DNA from: a virus
Lineage: Duplodnaviria > Caudoviricetes
Direction: 5' to 3' (one strand)
Length of the DNA: 57,681 bases
Virus record (IMG/VR): IMGVR_UViG_3300047094_000686
Span: 1-57,681 of that record
Within the stretch, counting starts at the first letter, position 1; each line of letters begins with the position of its first letter. The notes under the pieces were generated by a model, which ran no database searches, was not told the origin of the DNA, and saw only the letters and a program-made list of their open reading frames with translations. Positions 45,401-54,677 of the stretch are shown here, piece after piece. The translations under genes and the position numbers were made by a program.

Positions 45401-46573
45401 ATTGAAACATCAAGCAGAATGGTTTATGACTGGGATACCAATAGTAATACAATTGGAAAAACATTAATTTTAGATGCATCTAAAAAATCTAACTTTGCAA
45501 TGGGCGGATACGTTAAAAATTACGAAAAAGGTTCACCTGGAGGAGTAAAAGGACCAGGAACCGCAACATCCGATTCTATCCCAGCCATGCTTTCAAATGG
45601 AGAGTACGTTGTAAAATCATCTTCTGTAAATAAATATGGAATCCCATTCTTTGATGCAGTAAATGCACAAAAGTTTGCAGAGGGAGGTTCGGCTAGCGCA
45701 GTATCCAAAACAGGATTTTCTGGAAAAGGCGGACAGTTAATGGATTGGAAAGCCGCATGGAAAGAAGCCAATAAAAAAGTTATTCAAATTAAAATTCCAC
45801 CAATCACAGCTAATTTTGATACAAACTCTTTTGAATTAAATAAAGAACAAAAATTAGAGCTTGAAGTAATTTCTAAAGATCTGATTAATAATCAATTAAA
45901 ATCAATAATTATTCAAGGTCATACAGACTCAGTAGGAAAAGAAAAAGATAATGACATTCTTTCACAAAATAGAGCAAAGGCTATTGCAGAATATTTATCA
46001 AAACTAGTTCCTGGCACAAGCTTTGTTCCAGTTGGATATGGCGAATATAAGCCTATTGCTCCAAATACAAATTCTGAAAATATGGCTAAGAATAGAAGAG
46101 CAGAGCTATTCCTACCAGATAAATATAAAACAATTTATCCAGAATATAATCCTAAAAAGCATACAGCAATGATAACTGGAACGGGTAAGTCTGATTTTTC
46201 AGGAGGATCTTTATCTGGAGGCCAATTATCTTCAAGCATTGATTTTGGTAAACTCTTTAACAAAATTAAATTAGGACTTGGTTTTGCTAATGGCGGGGCT
46301 GTCCAGATACCTAAATTTGAACACGGCATAAATAGTGTACCAGCAAATATGCTTGCACTGCTTCATAAAAACGAGGCGGTTATTCCATCAAACATGAATC
46401 CATTTAATCCAAACGCTAATAATGCTACAATGGGAACCGTATATAATGTTGGAGACATAACAATGAAGTTTGAAAATGTTCATGAGATGGATGGCAAAAA
46501 ATTATTTAAAGAATTTAAAACGCTACTTGCACTCGAAAATACAAAAACTGGACCAAGTAGGGTAATAGCATGA
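39431..46573 (+). CDS. Tape measure protein (TP901-like core) with an OmpA-like cargo domain near the C-terminus
   Basis: 2380 aa, Ala/Gly/Leu-rich and helical, located after the chaperone; GHTDSVG..N..LSQNRA..GYGE..P...N....NRR motif near the C-terminus. Confidence 0.93.
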   Translation: MAEEQIVTRIVATSDFSNLIADLGKVSSALTNLQTKLNATNKNLAAQVAVMNRSFADTLRSTGQFSTHFVNLTSDVDKFGSQLDKGQIKLKQFFQVYQGHLKTNGGLIRQLAQQQVQLQNAILQPLGKNAEGLMQYNVHIPTGLDKVKSKTALARQELQIMNRVVQEGANSLINWGKNTQWAGRQLTVGLTVPLAAFGAASAKAFREADQELTRLTKVYGGLAATSASDLGKIRKQVTETASELSKAYGSSFKETIALGADIAATGKQGNELLGSIKETTRLAVLGEVDRQDAMKATLAIQSAFKQNTDELAESINFLNAVENQTSTTLNDLVEAIPKAGPIIKGLGGSVEDLALYLTAMREGGINASEGANALKSGLASLINPTKVAKEMFAGFGISLTDIVQKNAGNTTNTLLALQSALDNLDPLQKQQALEQLFGKFQFARMNALFENLGKQGSQTLQVMDLMKASSQDLANIAGRELSMVTESASGKYRRALEGLKADLAVVGEQFLTINTHLINIVSGILKFIDKLPGPIKTILAFFGGLTAVAGPLIMLTGVLANFFGYVIKGASHFRAMFKGGEGWRLLTPEILAANKAGSLAEQTFYSDAKAADILNQAISRLSASYNKLAADASNAIIQTNPGVSTMGGTNIIAGQRVVNPNHPLVGEVGTRAASHHNPRALMSKGQRDAQTIHSVTPGSIDVNQKIGTVPQIFMAGDLPKIEGLTSSRGASTGIVAGEAAKWHSLMGTLSMMTKREVADLKKEIARTGTFSTEINTTFGQLLPAMTKITTNAASQSALIVQQLQAGKITLDTARAKIIAINSQLEAMMAQTTAQVAADLGRTANLTQVPLINQPIVGPTGKANIKEIFRPNRPASKIIDKIARSLGVRTYGAGYSTETTMPKKFATGGMVVPGPRSDTTDTQFMNLVEGDIVLNRKASDNLMGYNQGGKVVPAMVTPGEIIINNPTPSESEMLLAYNNQFAVGGRVVASKNNYGIPSLVAKYAAASKIFSGFRSPGKEYYRASRGVMDRTGSTTQSFSEPGSLMRFNDYRLTRGSVYKNESNKNYGITPTLPGQTLTHAYSPSFIKRLKKMGYGPDDNIPVDVLKSIGVPVPSGAKYVTLKALSSTWVKTSKRFNEAIKSNLPETNTNGTGWRDNWEPVGPESMQSLLIKLKSMGVMPIEAKRISEYAGTRLNGFVSKHKGPMTESDWGRYVNAAEIGGINDSSKRSHGGSFIRGIRSTQQNRYNKEDSDLLSAMNMGGKVRGYNRGGVVGGRVKRGKNNYGIPSVMGNLGTTAAYIGGSTAGAALGQKAGGNLGSLAGMILVPTILQSIMQKLGQVSAQGTSTAGILGRLGPLLANPYVAAGAAIVGVTAALIKFKKNQEESAKLNRLAFSGGVKPIKDFDSQLKQVTKTIEDTRATAALLHAQMNTAGLSGLTLTIKQFADLREKVKSTYPELVKLFKETPSDKLITVAQGLKAQFVAAGESAAQANAKIAALLAESGKSGFIQIVLGDKGLAGITSAKTAIESMLVAMSKFTDSKDRAAGLLQIFSSMGDYIENATDKSLALKEQYNAIEKSGQGNVKLTQDLIVEISKTSPGLAEILSTSDDVETALSKWRIVLGGVQKDLSGLDKGQLKKLAFAVEEVTNNYNKLLDVTSKKAQENSLTGKMAKDIDAFNKKQATASKTAIQNLETQISLKNKQIEQIKKEGDERKKALRDQQQSEDIKLQIQQEQLNYQTALAKGDMVGAAQAQISIQRLVGAQQLKVAEDAIDKAVQSKIDALQAQIDVLNKKSTAVSNAASTAKPKESPLTGIYQQIQGVYKDRALENITEEEALTQLNDLIKKLERTPGGNKYLKDLGVTESVQNITRDDGQTIVGKINTDSVQGNALLNSLKKGSDVIAGKQLVVLQQILAVLKNEPGKTYTPTQNQTQNAGATTAAGGTYAVGTIKNYTDSASSIKSAALKAFSDSSTGRATVGNRTYRLFKWNDRAYGIETSSRMVYDWDTNSNTIGKTLILDASKKSNFAMGGYVKNYEKGSPGGVKGPGTATSDSIPAMLSNGEYVVKSSSVNKYGIPFFDAVNAQKFAEGGSASAVSKTGFSGKGGQLMDWKAAWKEANKKVIQIKIPPITANFDTNSFELNKEQKLELEVISKDLINNQLKSIIIQGHTDSVGKEKDNDILSQNRAKAIAEYLSKLVPGTSFVPVGYGEYKPIAPNTNSENMAKNRRAELFLPDKYKTIYPEYNPKKHTAMITGTGKSDFSGGSLSGGQLSSSIDFGKLFNKIKLGLGFANGGAVQIPKFEHGINSVPANMLALLHKNEAVIPSNMNPFNPNANNATMGTVYNVGDITMKFENVHEMDGKKLFKEFKTLLALENTKTGPSRVIA

Positions 46574-47043
46574 GTATAGTATCAATGCCAAGAGGATCCA
46601 TACTACAGATACAGGCATATGACTTATCTTTAAATGGTGGAAGCGGAACCCTTAAATACAACAAGGTAACAGAGCATAATAGATCTGCATTTGATATTAG
46701 TACCGAAAGAATTGAAAAAAGTACAAGAATGGCCAATGGTCTATTAAGAAAATTCTTTATTGCAGATAAGAAAACATTTTCTTTATCATGGGATATGCTA
46801 CCATCATATAGAACTTTAACTGTAGATGGAGCTTGGGGAGCAGAAGATTTAAGATCATTTTATAATAGTGCAGAAGGACAATCTTCTTTTAATATAAGAG
46901 TTAATTTAGCAAAAAATGGTTCAAATCAAGAATCTTCTGGTTACGAAGAATATACAGTTGTATTTGGAGACTGTAATTTTTCTGTATTAAAAAGAGGACT
47001 CCAACCATTTTGGAGTGTGTCACTAACCCTGGTAGAGGTCTAA
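46570..47043 (+). CDS. Distal tail / minor tail protein
   Basis: First gene after the tape measure gene, ATGA-coupled. Confidence 0.6.
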   Translation: MSIVSMPRGSILQIQAYDLSLNGGSGTLKYNKVTEHNRSAFDISTERIEKSTRMANGLLRKFFIADKKTFSLSWDMLPSYRTLTVDGAWGAEDLRSFYNSAEGQSSFNIRVNLAKNGSNQESSGYEEYTVVFGDCNFSVLKRGLQPFWSVSLTLVEV

Positions 47044-49098
47044 ATGATAGCGGGATCAGCAAATTTAAAAACTTTATTATACAATAGCACAAATATTAAA
47101 ATTGGTTCTGGATGCTATATTGAATATAATATGAACACAATGTTAGATGGAGTTTCTGCAACTAATAATATTGCAGATTCTGTGTACACTAGTCAAATAC
47201 TAAGACGTGTAACAAGTGGCCCTACAACAATTACAGAACCTGGATGGCCATCTACTAGACCAAATCCATATAAAAAACTATTTCCAGTAGATTCTATTAT
47301 TAAACCATTTAGACCAGTAAACTCTGGAATTAAATATTTTATTTTAGAAAAACCAGTTTCAAGTGGCGGACCAACAGAAATACAAAAAAATACTTTTTCT
47401 AATTATAGGTCGGTATCTTACCCAGAGTCTCAACCAAGAATATATTACCCAGGAGAAAGCACATACTATAAATATTGGGTAACTCCACAAAATACTGGTG
47501 TAAATATTACTATTAATTATTTAACTAATCTTACTCAATATGCACTAACAAATAAAATAGTTTTAAAATTTGAAAGCACACACAGTATTCCATCTACATA
47601 CACAATTAAAATAGTTAAATCAAACAATACAGAAGAAACTATTGCTAATGCATTAACAACACCAACAAATGGATTAGTTGAGTTGTACTATAATGGAACA
47701 TCATGGTCAACAGTGGAATCAAATTTATTTGCAACACCAGTAACAATTAAATCAATAATAGTTACAACACCAAGTGCTGGTACTGATAGAATAATTGGAG
47801 TAACCGAAGTATCTGCTAGATGGATAAAAGATATCTCAACAGACGTGGTATCATTTGAAATAAGCAAAGAGTCATCTTCTAGCTCAGAAGACTTATTGCC
47901 AGTAGGAAAAGTAACAGCAAATAGTATTAATTTAGAATTAAATAGATATAATACAAGTACACTTGAATATGTTTCATATAGCAGAACATCTTCTTTAAAT
48001 CCGTCTTTAACATATATGGTAAAAAATGCAAAACTTATACCATTTTTTAAAATATATCATGAAAATGGATCGGTAGTAGACGGTTTAGAAAAGTATGATC
48101 AAATTAATCAAGGAGATTTTTATATAAATGAATTTAACATCTCTAGCCAAGGCGAAGTATCATTAACAGCCTTAGATTCAGCAAAATATTTAATGGAAGT
48201 GATATGCCCAGACATACTTTGTGAATCGTATCCAGTTACTGCTATTATTAGAAGGCTATTGGATTCAGTCGGATACACTAATTACAAATTTAATTTATCA
48301 TCTGGAACAGACTCCTCTATTCCATTAATTAATTATTTTTGGACAGACGGATCAAAAACTGTATGGGAGTATTTACAAGAGTTATGTAGAGATATTCAAA
48401 TGAATGCTATTGTAGATGAAAATGATGTTTTGCAATTTTATAGTAGAAACTATATGTATTCACGAACAACAAAAGATTGGAATTTTTATCAAGAAAAAGA
48501 AGGAAGTGCCTTACCAAACATTATTGATTTTTCTAAAAAAGAAATGCCATCTGCTAATCAAGTTAAAATAAGATGGAGTACTCCAACGACTAGTGAGTAT
48601 TTACAATCATCAGACCCTCTATGGCAATCCTCAGAGTCATTTATAATTGCTGGAGGACTTACAGAGTCACTAAATGCTTCTGGTAATAGCAATATTGCAA
48701 TTGATTTATCTGGACCTAGTGTATATAATAAATTAATATCTGGATTTAATTTTGAAGGATATTTTTTAGTAGACTCAGAAATTATTGAATACGATGCAAT
48801 GGGGTATCAGTACATACCATCAGAAACAACAAACACCACGGTTACAGATGCAATTAACGGCACTGTTTTAAATAATGGAGAAAACCCTGTAAACATATGG
48901 ATAGAATCGGCATCTGATTTAAGTAAATATACTGCTTTATCAAAACCACCGACAGGCACAACTATTCAAATAAAAATAAAACCAAATGGTAGATATAGAA
49001 TTAAAACAAGAGGCGCTTTAGGAACTACTGCTGCTGCACATAATTATAGTGGCGCACCATCTTCAAGTTATTCATGGACAGGAGTTTTAGTAGGATGA
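47044..49098 (+). CDS. Baseplate/hub-like minor tail protein
   Basis: Synteny; TVWEYLQELCRDIQM....DE...LQF hub-like motif. Confidence 0.6.
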   Translation: MIAGSANLKTLLYNSTNIKIGSGCYIEYNMNTMLDGVSATNNIADSVYTSQILRRVTSGPTTITEPGWPSTRPNPYKKLFPVDSIIKPFRPVNSGIKYFILEKPVSSGGPTEIQKNTFSNYRSVSYPESQPRIYYPGESTYYKYWVTPQNTGVNITINYLTNLTQYALTNKIVLKFESTHSIPSTYTIKIVKSNNTEETIANALTTPTNGLVELYYNGTSWSTVESNLFATPVTIKSIIVTTPSAGTDRIIGVTEVSARWIKDISTDVVSFEISKESSSSSEDLLPVGKVTANSINLELNRYNTSTLEYVSYSRTSSLNPSLTYMVKNAKLIPFFKIYHENGSVVDGLEKYDQINQGDFYINEFNISSQGEVSLTALDSAKYLMEVICPDILCESYPVTAIIRRLLDSVGYTNYKFNLSSGTDSSIPLINYFWTDGSKTVWEYLQELCRDIQMNAIVDENDVLQFYSRNYMYSRTTKDWNFYQEKEGSALPNIIDFSKKEMPSANQVKIRWSTPTTSEYLQSSDPLWQSSESFIIAGGLTESLNASGNSNIAIDLSGPSVYNKLISGFNFEGYFLVDSEIIEYDAMGYQYIPSETTNTTVTDAINGTVLNNGENPVNIWIESASDLSKYTALSKPPTGTTIQIKIKPNGRYRIKTRGALGTTAAAHNYSGAPSSSYSWTGVLVG

Positions 49099-50750
49099 GC
49101 ACCTATACAGCAATTATTGATTTAGTTGTAGAGGCTTCTCAAACTGGAGCCACTATCAATGCAGCAACATACCCAGGATTATCTAATCCTACAAATTATA
49201 ATGTTATTATAAATAAAATAACAGGTCAAGGTCAAGAAGAGGTACAAAATTTTAATGTATCTTCACAACCAATTACTGTAAGCAATTTAATAGCTGGAAC
49301 TTCATATGAGGCTGTTGTTATTCCATCCTTAAACGGTGTATTTGATCCACGGGGTCGTTGGACAAAGAAATTTAGTACTACATCTAGTTATGGGGGGCAA
49401 ACAGTTTCTTCAACAAGGCAAGATTTTAAAGTTAGCAAATCTTATTTACAATTAGCAGTAACTGCAGCCCAATATAAAAATAAACAGTCTGCTGTTTTTT
49501 ATAGAAATTTTGATTCATTAACAATTCCAACCACGTCAGCAGTTTCAACAACTAACGGAAATTCATATAATGCTGGGTATTTTTCTTTTGGAACAAGTCT
49601 AATAATGAAAGATACTTTAGAAAATACATTACATGCTGGAGGACTAGGATTCTTTTTAAATGAATCAGCAACAAGTGGTTATTATATAATTATGGAATCA
49701 ACTTCATCGTCTGCTGCAATTTTAGATAAAAAATCTGTAAGAATTGAAAAGTGGATAGGAAGTAACAAAATACCATTAAAAGAAGTGGGAACAAGAACTG
49801 AGTCTACCATAGAAGGAATATTTGGCGGAAGAACATATAATGTTGATGTTAAAGTTAAAATAGAAAACCAATCTGTTACCATTACAGCATTTATAAATGG
49901 ATACGGTATTACAGTAACTGATACAACATATAAAATAAATAATAAGGTAGAAGCAAAATCCACAATTTTACCTCCTACTAAAAAAATGTCATTAGTTTGC
50001 ACTAGAGGAGAAGTAGCCTTTGATTATGGGTACGCCAACACGCTGACACTAAAACAATATAACGACAGAATTTCAGAAATAAATATTTATCAAGGTCAAT
50101 TCAATAACGATTTAATAAATACATCATATGGTGATTTAATTTATATAGCTGATTATAAGGCTGATGAAATAGCTGCAAATAATAAAAAAGCGGTAGCGGT
50201 AGATGAATTTGGAACAGTAGTAAGAGAAATTGTTACAAGAGATGTATCATTTAATAAAAGGCCAGCTTATCCAACAATGTGGAGCACTGGTATAAATCCT
50301 TTTGCAAAAATACTTGGAAGTAAAATTTCTAATTTTGGCTCAAAGATATTTGTTATGAATAACACCTCACAAACAATACCATTATCAAATGGAGCAGAAG
50401 CCTCGTTTTTTCTTTTAGGAAATAGCTTAGGAAATTCAGGGGAGCTAGAGTATTCTACAGATGAATTAAACGATTATGTAAATAAAGAGCCAGCCGTGTT
50501 TATTTCTAGTTGGCTACAGAATGAGTCAGATGTAAAATCTCTTGCTAACTGGATTAAATCAAATGTTGTAAATAAAGGAAAAATTATAAATATGACAATT
50601 TTTGGAAACCCTCTAGTTTCAGTTGGAGACATAGTTTCTATTAAAAATACATATCAAGGACTTTCTGGAGACGAAAATTTTATTGTTACAGAAGTAAAAC
50701 ATTCGTTTTCTGAAGGATTGGAGACGTCAATTGCCTGCAGAACTTTATAG
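49095..50750 (+). CDS. Minor tail protein
   Basis: ATGA-coupled start at 49095; C-terminal GNPLVSVGDIV...F.VTEV.H motif typical of tail hub proteins. Confidence 0.6.
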   Translation: MSTYTAIIDLVVEASQTGATINAATYPGLSNPTNYNVIINKITGQGQEEVQNFNVSSQPITVSNLIAGTSYEAVVIPSLNGVFDPRGRWTKKFSTTSSYGGQTVSSTRQDFKVSKSYLQLAVTAAQYKNKQSAVFYRNFDSLTIPTTSAVSTTNGNSYNAGYFSFGTSLIMKDTLENTLHAGGLGFFLNESATSGYYIIMESTSSSAAILDKKSVRIEKWIGSNKIPLKEVGTRTESTIEGIFGGRTYNVDVKVKIENQSVTITAFINGYGITVTDTTYKINNKVEAKSTILPPTKKMSLVCTRGEVAFDYGYANTLTLKQYNDRISEINIYQGQFNNDLINTSYGDLIYIADYKADEIAANNKKAVAVDEFGTVVREIVTRDVSFNKRPAYPTMWSTGINPFAKILGSKISNFGSKIFVMNNTSQTIPLSNGAEASFFLLGNSLGNSGELEYSTDELNDYVNKEPAVFISSWLQNESDVKSLANWIKSNVVNKGKIINMTIFGNPLVSVGDIVSIKNTYQGLSGDENFIVTEVKHSFSEGLETSIACRTL

Positions 50751-50775
50751 TTTTAAAATGGTATAATAAAAATAT

Positions 50776-51576
50776 ATGAATACTCCAAATAAAAGATTAA
50801 GTATAAATGACCTTAATAGAGGCCAAGTTTTTGTTTTAACCGAAGATAGTCCAGAAACGGTGCTTGCGTTTCCAGGCACATATTTAATTTTAAAAGGAAG
50901 TAGCATAGACTATTCTAAATATTTAACTGCAAGTTTATATTCGGCAGGATCTGCCAGTGGATTATATGTAAATGAAGATGGAAATACTTTAGTAGATTCC
51001 CCAGATTTAGAAGATTTATTAGACATTCCAGAATTAACAGATATAGAAAGTGTAACTTATGAGCCATATTATGACACTACAACAAAATTACAAAAAGTTA
51101 GAGCTATAATTAGAATTAGAAATTCAAGTCAAAATAAAATTAATGTAGATGGGGTAGATGTTAGAATATCAAATCCTACTACAATTGTTCAAGTTGCAAG
51201 CAAATCATCTTTATCTGTTCCATTTGTTACTCCAACCCCCAGTGTGCCTTCTGTATACTTTAAAAGAGATGGGACAAGAATTTCTTGGGGATGGGACAAT
51301 GTTTCTGGACTTGGATCATATTCAAGTGTAAGATATGATTGGATAATAAGTTCATCAAGTGGATCATCCGCCACTGCTTTAAACAGTGGATCAAAAACTT
51401 ACTCTACAACAAATTCAAATAATATTGGAAGTAGCAATGTTATAAAAACTTATAGGGTAGACTCACGAGACGGAGACACATTAGCAACATCTTCATCTAG
51501 ATGGCTCAGAGTAAAAGCTGTAGTAACAGGAACAAACGGAACGGAATATTCCTCTGCATATTCCACACCAATTTAG
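50776..51576 (+). CDS. Minor tail protein with an FN3-like C-terminus
   Basis: Ser/Thr-rich; ISWGW...WLRVKAV...SSAYS. Confidence 0.55.
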   Translation: MNTPNKRLSINDLNRGQVFVLTEDSPETVLAFPGTYLILKGSSIDYSKYLTASLYSAGSASGLYVNEDGNTLVDSPDLEDLLDIPELTDIESVTYEPYYDTTTKLQKVRAIIRIRNSSQNKINVDGVDVRISNPTTIVQVASKSSLSVPFVTPTPSVPSVYFKRDGTRISWGWDNVSGLGSYSSVRYDWIISSSSGSSATALNSGSKTYSTTNSNNIGSSNVIKTYRVDSRDGDTLATSSSRWLRVKAVVTGTNGTEYSSAYSTPI

Positions 51577-51583
51577 GAGAAAA

Positions 51584-52711
51584 ATGATTAAAGGAACATA
51601 TATATACTATCAAGACGGAAAAGAAATTGCCCGTTCTTCAAACGTTATTACAAAATTTGGTAAAAGATTTTTAACAAATACAATTGCTGGTAATGTCTCT
51701 AATTTAAAAAAAGATATAGCGGTAGGAATTGATTACATATCTGCCACAGAAAATGACACCAAACTTGGATTTGAATTCTACAGAGTACCAGTATTTTTTG
51801 GATCATCTGACATACAGACAGTAGAAGGAGCATCTACATATTCTGCAATTTTTAAAACATCTATACCACAAGATGTAGAGGGACATATTAATGAAATAGG
51901 TTTATATCCATCAACTCGTTCTTCTATAAATAATTTTGATAGTAAATTTTTAACAGATTTTTCTAGCTATTTAGATTGGACTGACGAGGATTTATTTAAA
52001 GCAGATTTTTCTACTGACAATCCAAGAATAGGAAATAACTTAGTAGTAATGCAGTCAGACGGATCAGCATCAAATGAATATTTTTATAACATTTCACCAA
52101 TTGATTTATCTGGGTATAGTGCAAATGATACTTTAAGATTAGCATACAACAAATTAGATGCAAATTTAAGTTCTATTAAGATTAGACTTTATAGTTCTCC
52201 TACTCAGTATTTTCAGTATCAAATAAGCGCACCATCTAGCTTAGGACATACTATTACAAGCGACATCCCAATGTCTTTAATTTTTGCTGGAGCAAGCGTG
52301 TCGGCACCAGACAAATCATCTATTAATAAAATTGGAATTACAATAACCCCATCTGGAAGTTCCACTACATATGTTGGTTTTGATGGATTAAGAATTAACG
52401 ATGAAGATACTTTTGATCCATTCTTTGGATTAATTAGCAGATCTGTTGTTATTAATTCAACATCAATATCTGGAACATCTGGACAAAATACTATAACGGT
52501 TGGATCAATAAATAATTTATTTGTAGGGCAATCAGTTTCTGGAACTGGAATAGCGTCTGGCGCATTGGTTTCAGATATATTAAATAATACAGTAACTCTT
52601 TCAAAAAATAACACTGCAACAGTATCTGGTAGTGGATCTTTTTATGGAATTAAAAAAATTGCTGGTAGATCCTTAGATATAGAATATAAACTAGACCTAG
52701 ACTGGAACTAA
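51584..52711 (+). CDS. Minor tail / baseplate protein
   Basis: NVITKFG, INEIGLY and DIEYKL motifs; synteny. Confidence 0.6.
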   Translation: MIKGTYIYYQDGKEIARSSNVITKFGKRFLTNTIAGNVSNLKKDIAVGIDYISATENDTKLGFEFYRVPVFFGSSDIQTVEGASTYSAIFKTSIPQDVEGHINEIGLYPSTRSSINNFDSKFLTDFSSYLDWTDEDLFKADFSTDNPRIGNNLVVMQSDGSASNEYFYNISPIDLSGYSANDTLRLAYNKLDANLSSIKIRLYSSPTQYFQYQISAPSSLGHTITSDIPMSLIFAGASVSAPDKSSINKIGITITPSGSSTTYVGFDGLRINDEDTFDPFFGLISRSVVINSTSISGTSGQNTITVGSINNLFVGQSVSGTGIASGALVSDILNNTVTLSKNNTATVSGSGSFYGIKKIAGRSLDIEYKLDLDWN

Positions 52712-52712
52712 A

Positions 52713-54677
52713 ATGGCAGCATATCAAGATTTATTAAAAGACACCTCAGTTGCGGTAGAAAACGGTAATTATTTTGTCGTAACTATTACAGATCTTGAAT
52801 TAAATACAAACTACCCAATTCAGCTTAGATGGAAATATAAAGATGGAACATTTGGATTATGGTCCGCATCAAAAGTTTTAACTACTCCAGGAGAAACTCT
52901 TCCAGGAACCCCAGACCTACCAGTCGGCAGTGTAACTGCAGAGCCAGGTTTAATTAAAATAACTTGGAACGGAAATGATGCAGCTGGCAGAGCAATTACA
53001 AATATAGATAGAATTGATATATATATTGATGGTTCTCCATTCGATGGAACAAAGCCAGCAGGAAGTTTTAAAGCTGCAGGCACACAAACAATTGCAGCAC
53101 CAGCAGGAGAGTATGCAGTAGCATTATATGCTATATCAAATTATGGAAGTAGATCTGCAGTAAGTTTACCAAGGTCAATATTGGTTCCAGCAGTTGGAGA
53201 AATTGTTTTATCTCCAGAAGATCCAGACACACCAATAGTAACTGCAGGACTAGCCTCTGTTATTGTTGAATGGAGCGGTAAAAGTTTAGATACAAATGGC
53301 GACCCAGTAGATTTTACTAAAGGTAGTTTTGCTGGAGCAAAAGTATTTATAGGAACAGCATCTAACTTTACACCAAGTAACGATAACTGGGTTCATACAT
53401 TAAATTTTGCTAATGGCTCAAATAAAATTTCAATAGGTGTTGGAACTATTATTAATAAATCAACTGGCGCAACGCTACAGTATGGAGTTCCATACTATAT
53501 TAAAATAGATACAATAAATGCTAGTGGGGTTGCAAATGGACAACCAGTTTCTGCAGATGGAAATCCAATAACTGTATCTAAGCTACCAGCAAGCGAAATA
53601 AGCACGGGTACATTAACTGCAGATAATTCAATTACAGCAGGAGTTAGTAGCGGACAAAGAGTTGTTATATCTGGAAGCTCTTCCCCATTTATTATTTATG
53701 GAACAGACGGAACTACAAAATTATTAGAATATTTAACATCTGGAACTACTGGGACACTTGCAATAAAAGGATCTGGAACATTTACTGGAGATTTAGAAAT
53801 AGGATCAGGCAACACAATATTTAAAGCCGTGCCAGCAACTGGAATCTGGTTAGGAAATGCTAGCTATTTAAGCGCTCCATTTCGTGTATCTAATAGCGGA
53901 TATATTACAGCAACATATGGAGATATTGGTGGATGGAATTTAGGAGAGTCTTATCTACAAAACTCTACAGGAACTTTAAAAATAAATAGCGGAACAGATC
54001 CAAATATATTTTTAGGAAGTAGTTCTGGGTATCATTTTAGATTAACCCCCTCTTCCATCTCTCATTATAATGGCGGATCTCCAACTGGTAAATTTACATT
54101 AACAGCATCTCCTGGAACTGGAGACTCACATTTATCTATGTCTGGAAATATAACTGGTTCAACAATTACTGGATCTTCTTTTACATTAGTAGAAGGAAGC
54201 ACTGACAATGTATGGAATACTACAAAATTTAGAATTGGAGATTCAAATACAAAAATTGAATCTATAAATGCTACTGGAGTAATAACATTATATTCAGGAG
54301 CCGTACCAGCAGATATTACTAGCGGAGAAGAAGGTGGTTCTGAATCTAGTGGATATTCAGGTGGATCACAAATAGAATTAAGTACAGGTGGTTTAAAGAT
54401 ATATAATATTCCTACGTTAGGAAATGCTGTAACGGCAACATCAAGTTTATTAAATGGAAGTAGTGGTTTGCCAAGTACAAGTATTACAGATTATGCAAAT
54501 CCCGCTTATCCTGCCAGTGCGGGATATGGTGCTGCCGCAAGACAAAGAATGGTAGTTACTGATCCGTATAATAATAATATGTTAAAAAGAGGCCTTGGAG
54601 TTTACTACGGAACTAGGACGCAGGCCCCTACCGCAGCAACAGGGGTTGTTGGAGATCTATGGGTTAGCTGGGTCTAA
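52713..54677 (+). CDS. Tail fibre/spike protein with FN3-like domains
   Basis: FN3-like units, Gly/Ser-rich beta region (GDIGGW, APFRVS..G) and C-terminal GDLWV. Confidence 0.65.
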   Translation: MAAYQDLLKDTSVAVENGNYFVVTITDLELNTNYPIQLRWKYKDGTFGLWSASKVLTTPGETLPGTPDLPVGSVTAEPGLIKITWNGNDAAGRAITNIDRIDIYIDGSPFDGTKPAGSFKAAGTQTIAAPAGEYAVALYAISNYGSRSAVSLPRSILVPAVGEIVLSPEDPDTPIVTAGLASVIVEWSGKSLDTNGDPVDFTKGSFAGAKVFIGTASNFTPSNDNWVHTLNFANGSNKISIGVGTIINKSTGATLQYGVPYYIKIDTINASGVANGQPVSADGNPITVSKLPASEISTGTLTADNSITAGVSSGQRVVISGSSSPFIIYGTDGTTKLLEYLTSGTTGTLAIKGSGTFTGDLEIGSGNTIFKAVPATGIWLGNASYLSAPFRVSNSGYITATYGDIGGWNLGESYLQNSTGTLKINSGTDPNIFLGSSSGYHFRLTPSSISHYNGGSPTGKFTLTASPGTGDSHLSMSGNITGSTITGSSFTLVEGSTDNVWNTTKFRIGDSNTKIESINATGVITLYSGAVPADITSGEEGGSESSGYSGGSQIELSTGGLKIYNIPTLGNAVTATSSLLNGSSGLPSTSITDYANPAYPASAGYGAAARQRMVVTDPYNNNMLKRGLGVYYGTRTQAPTAATGVVGDLWVSWV

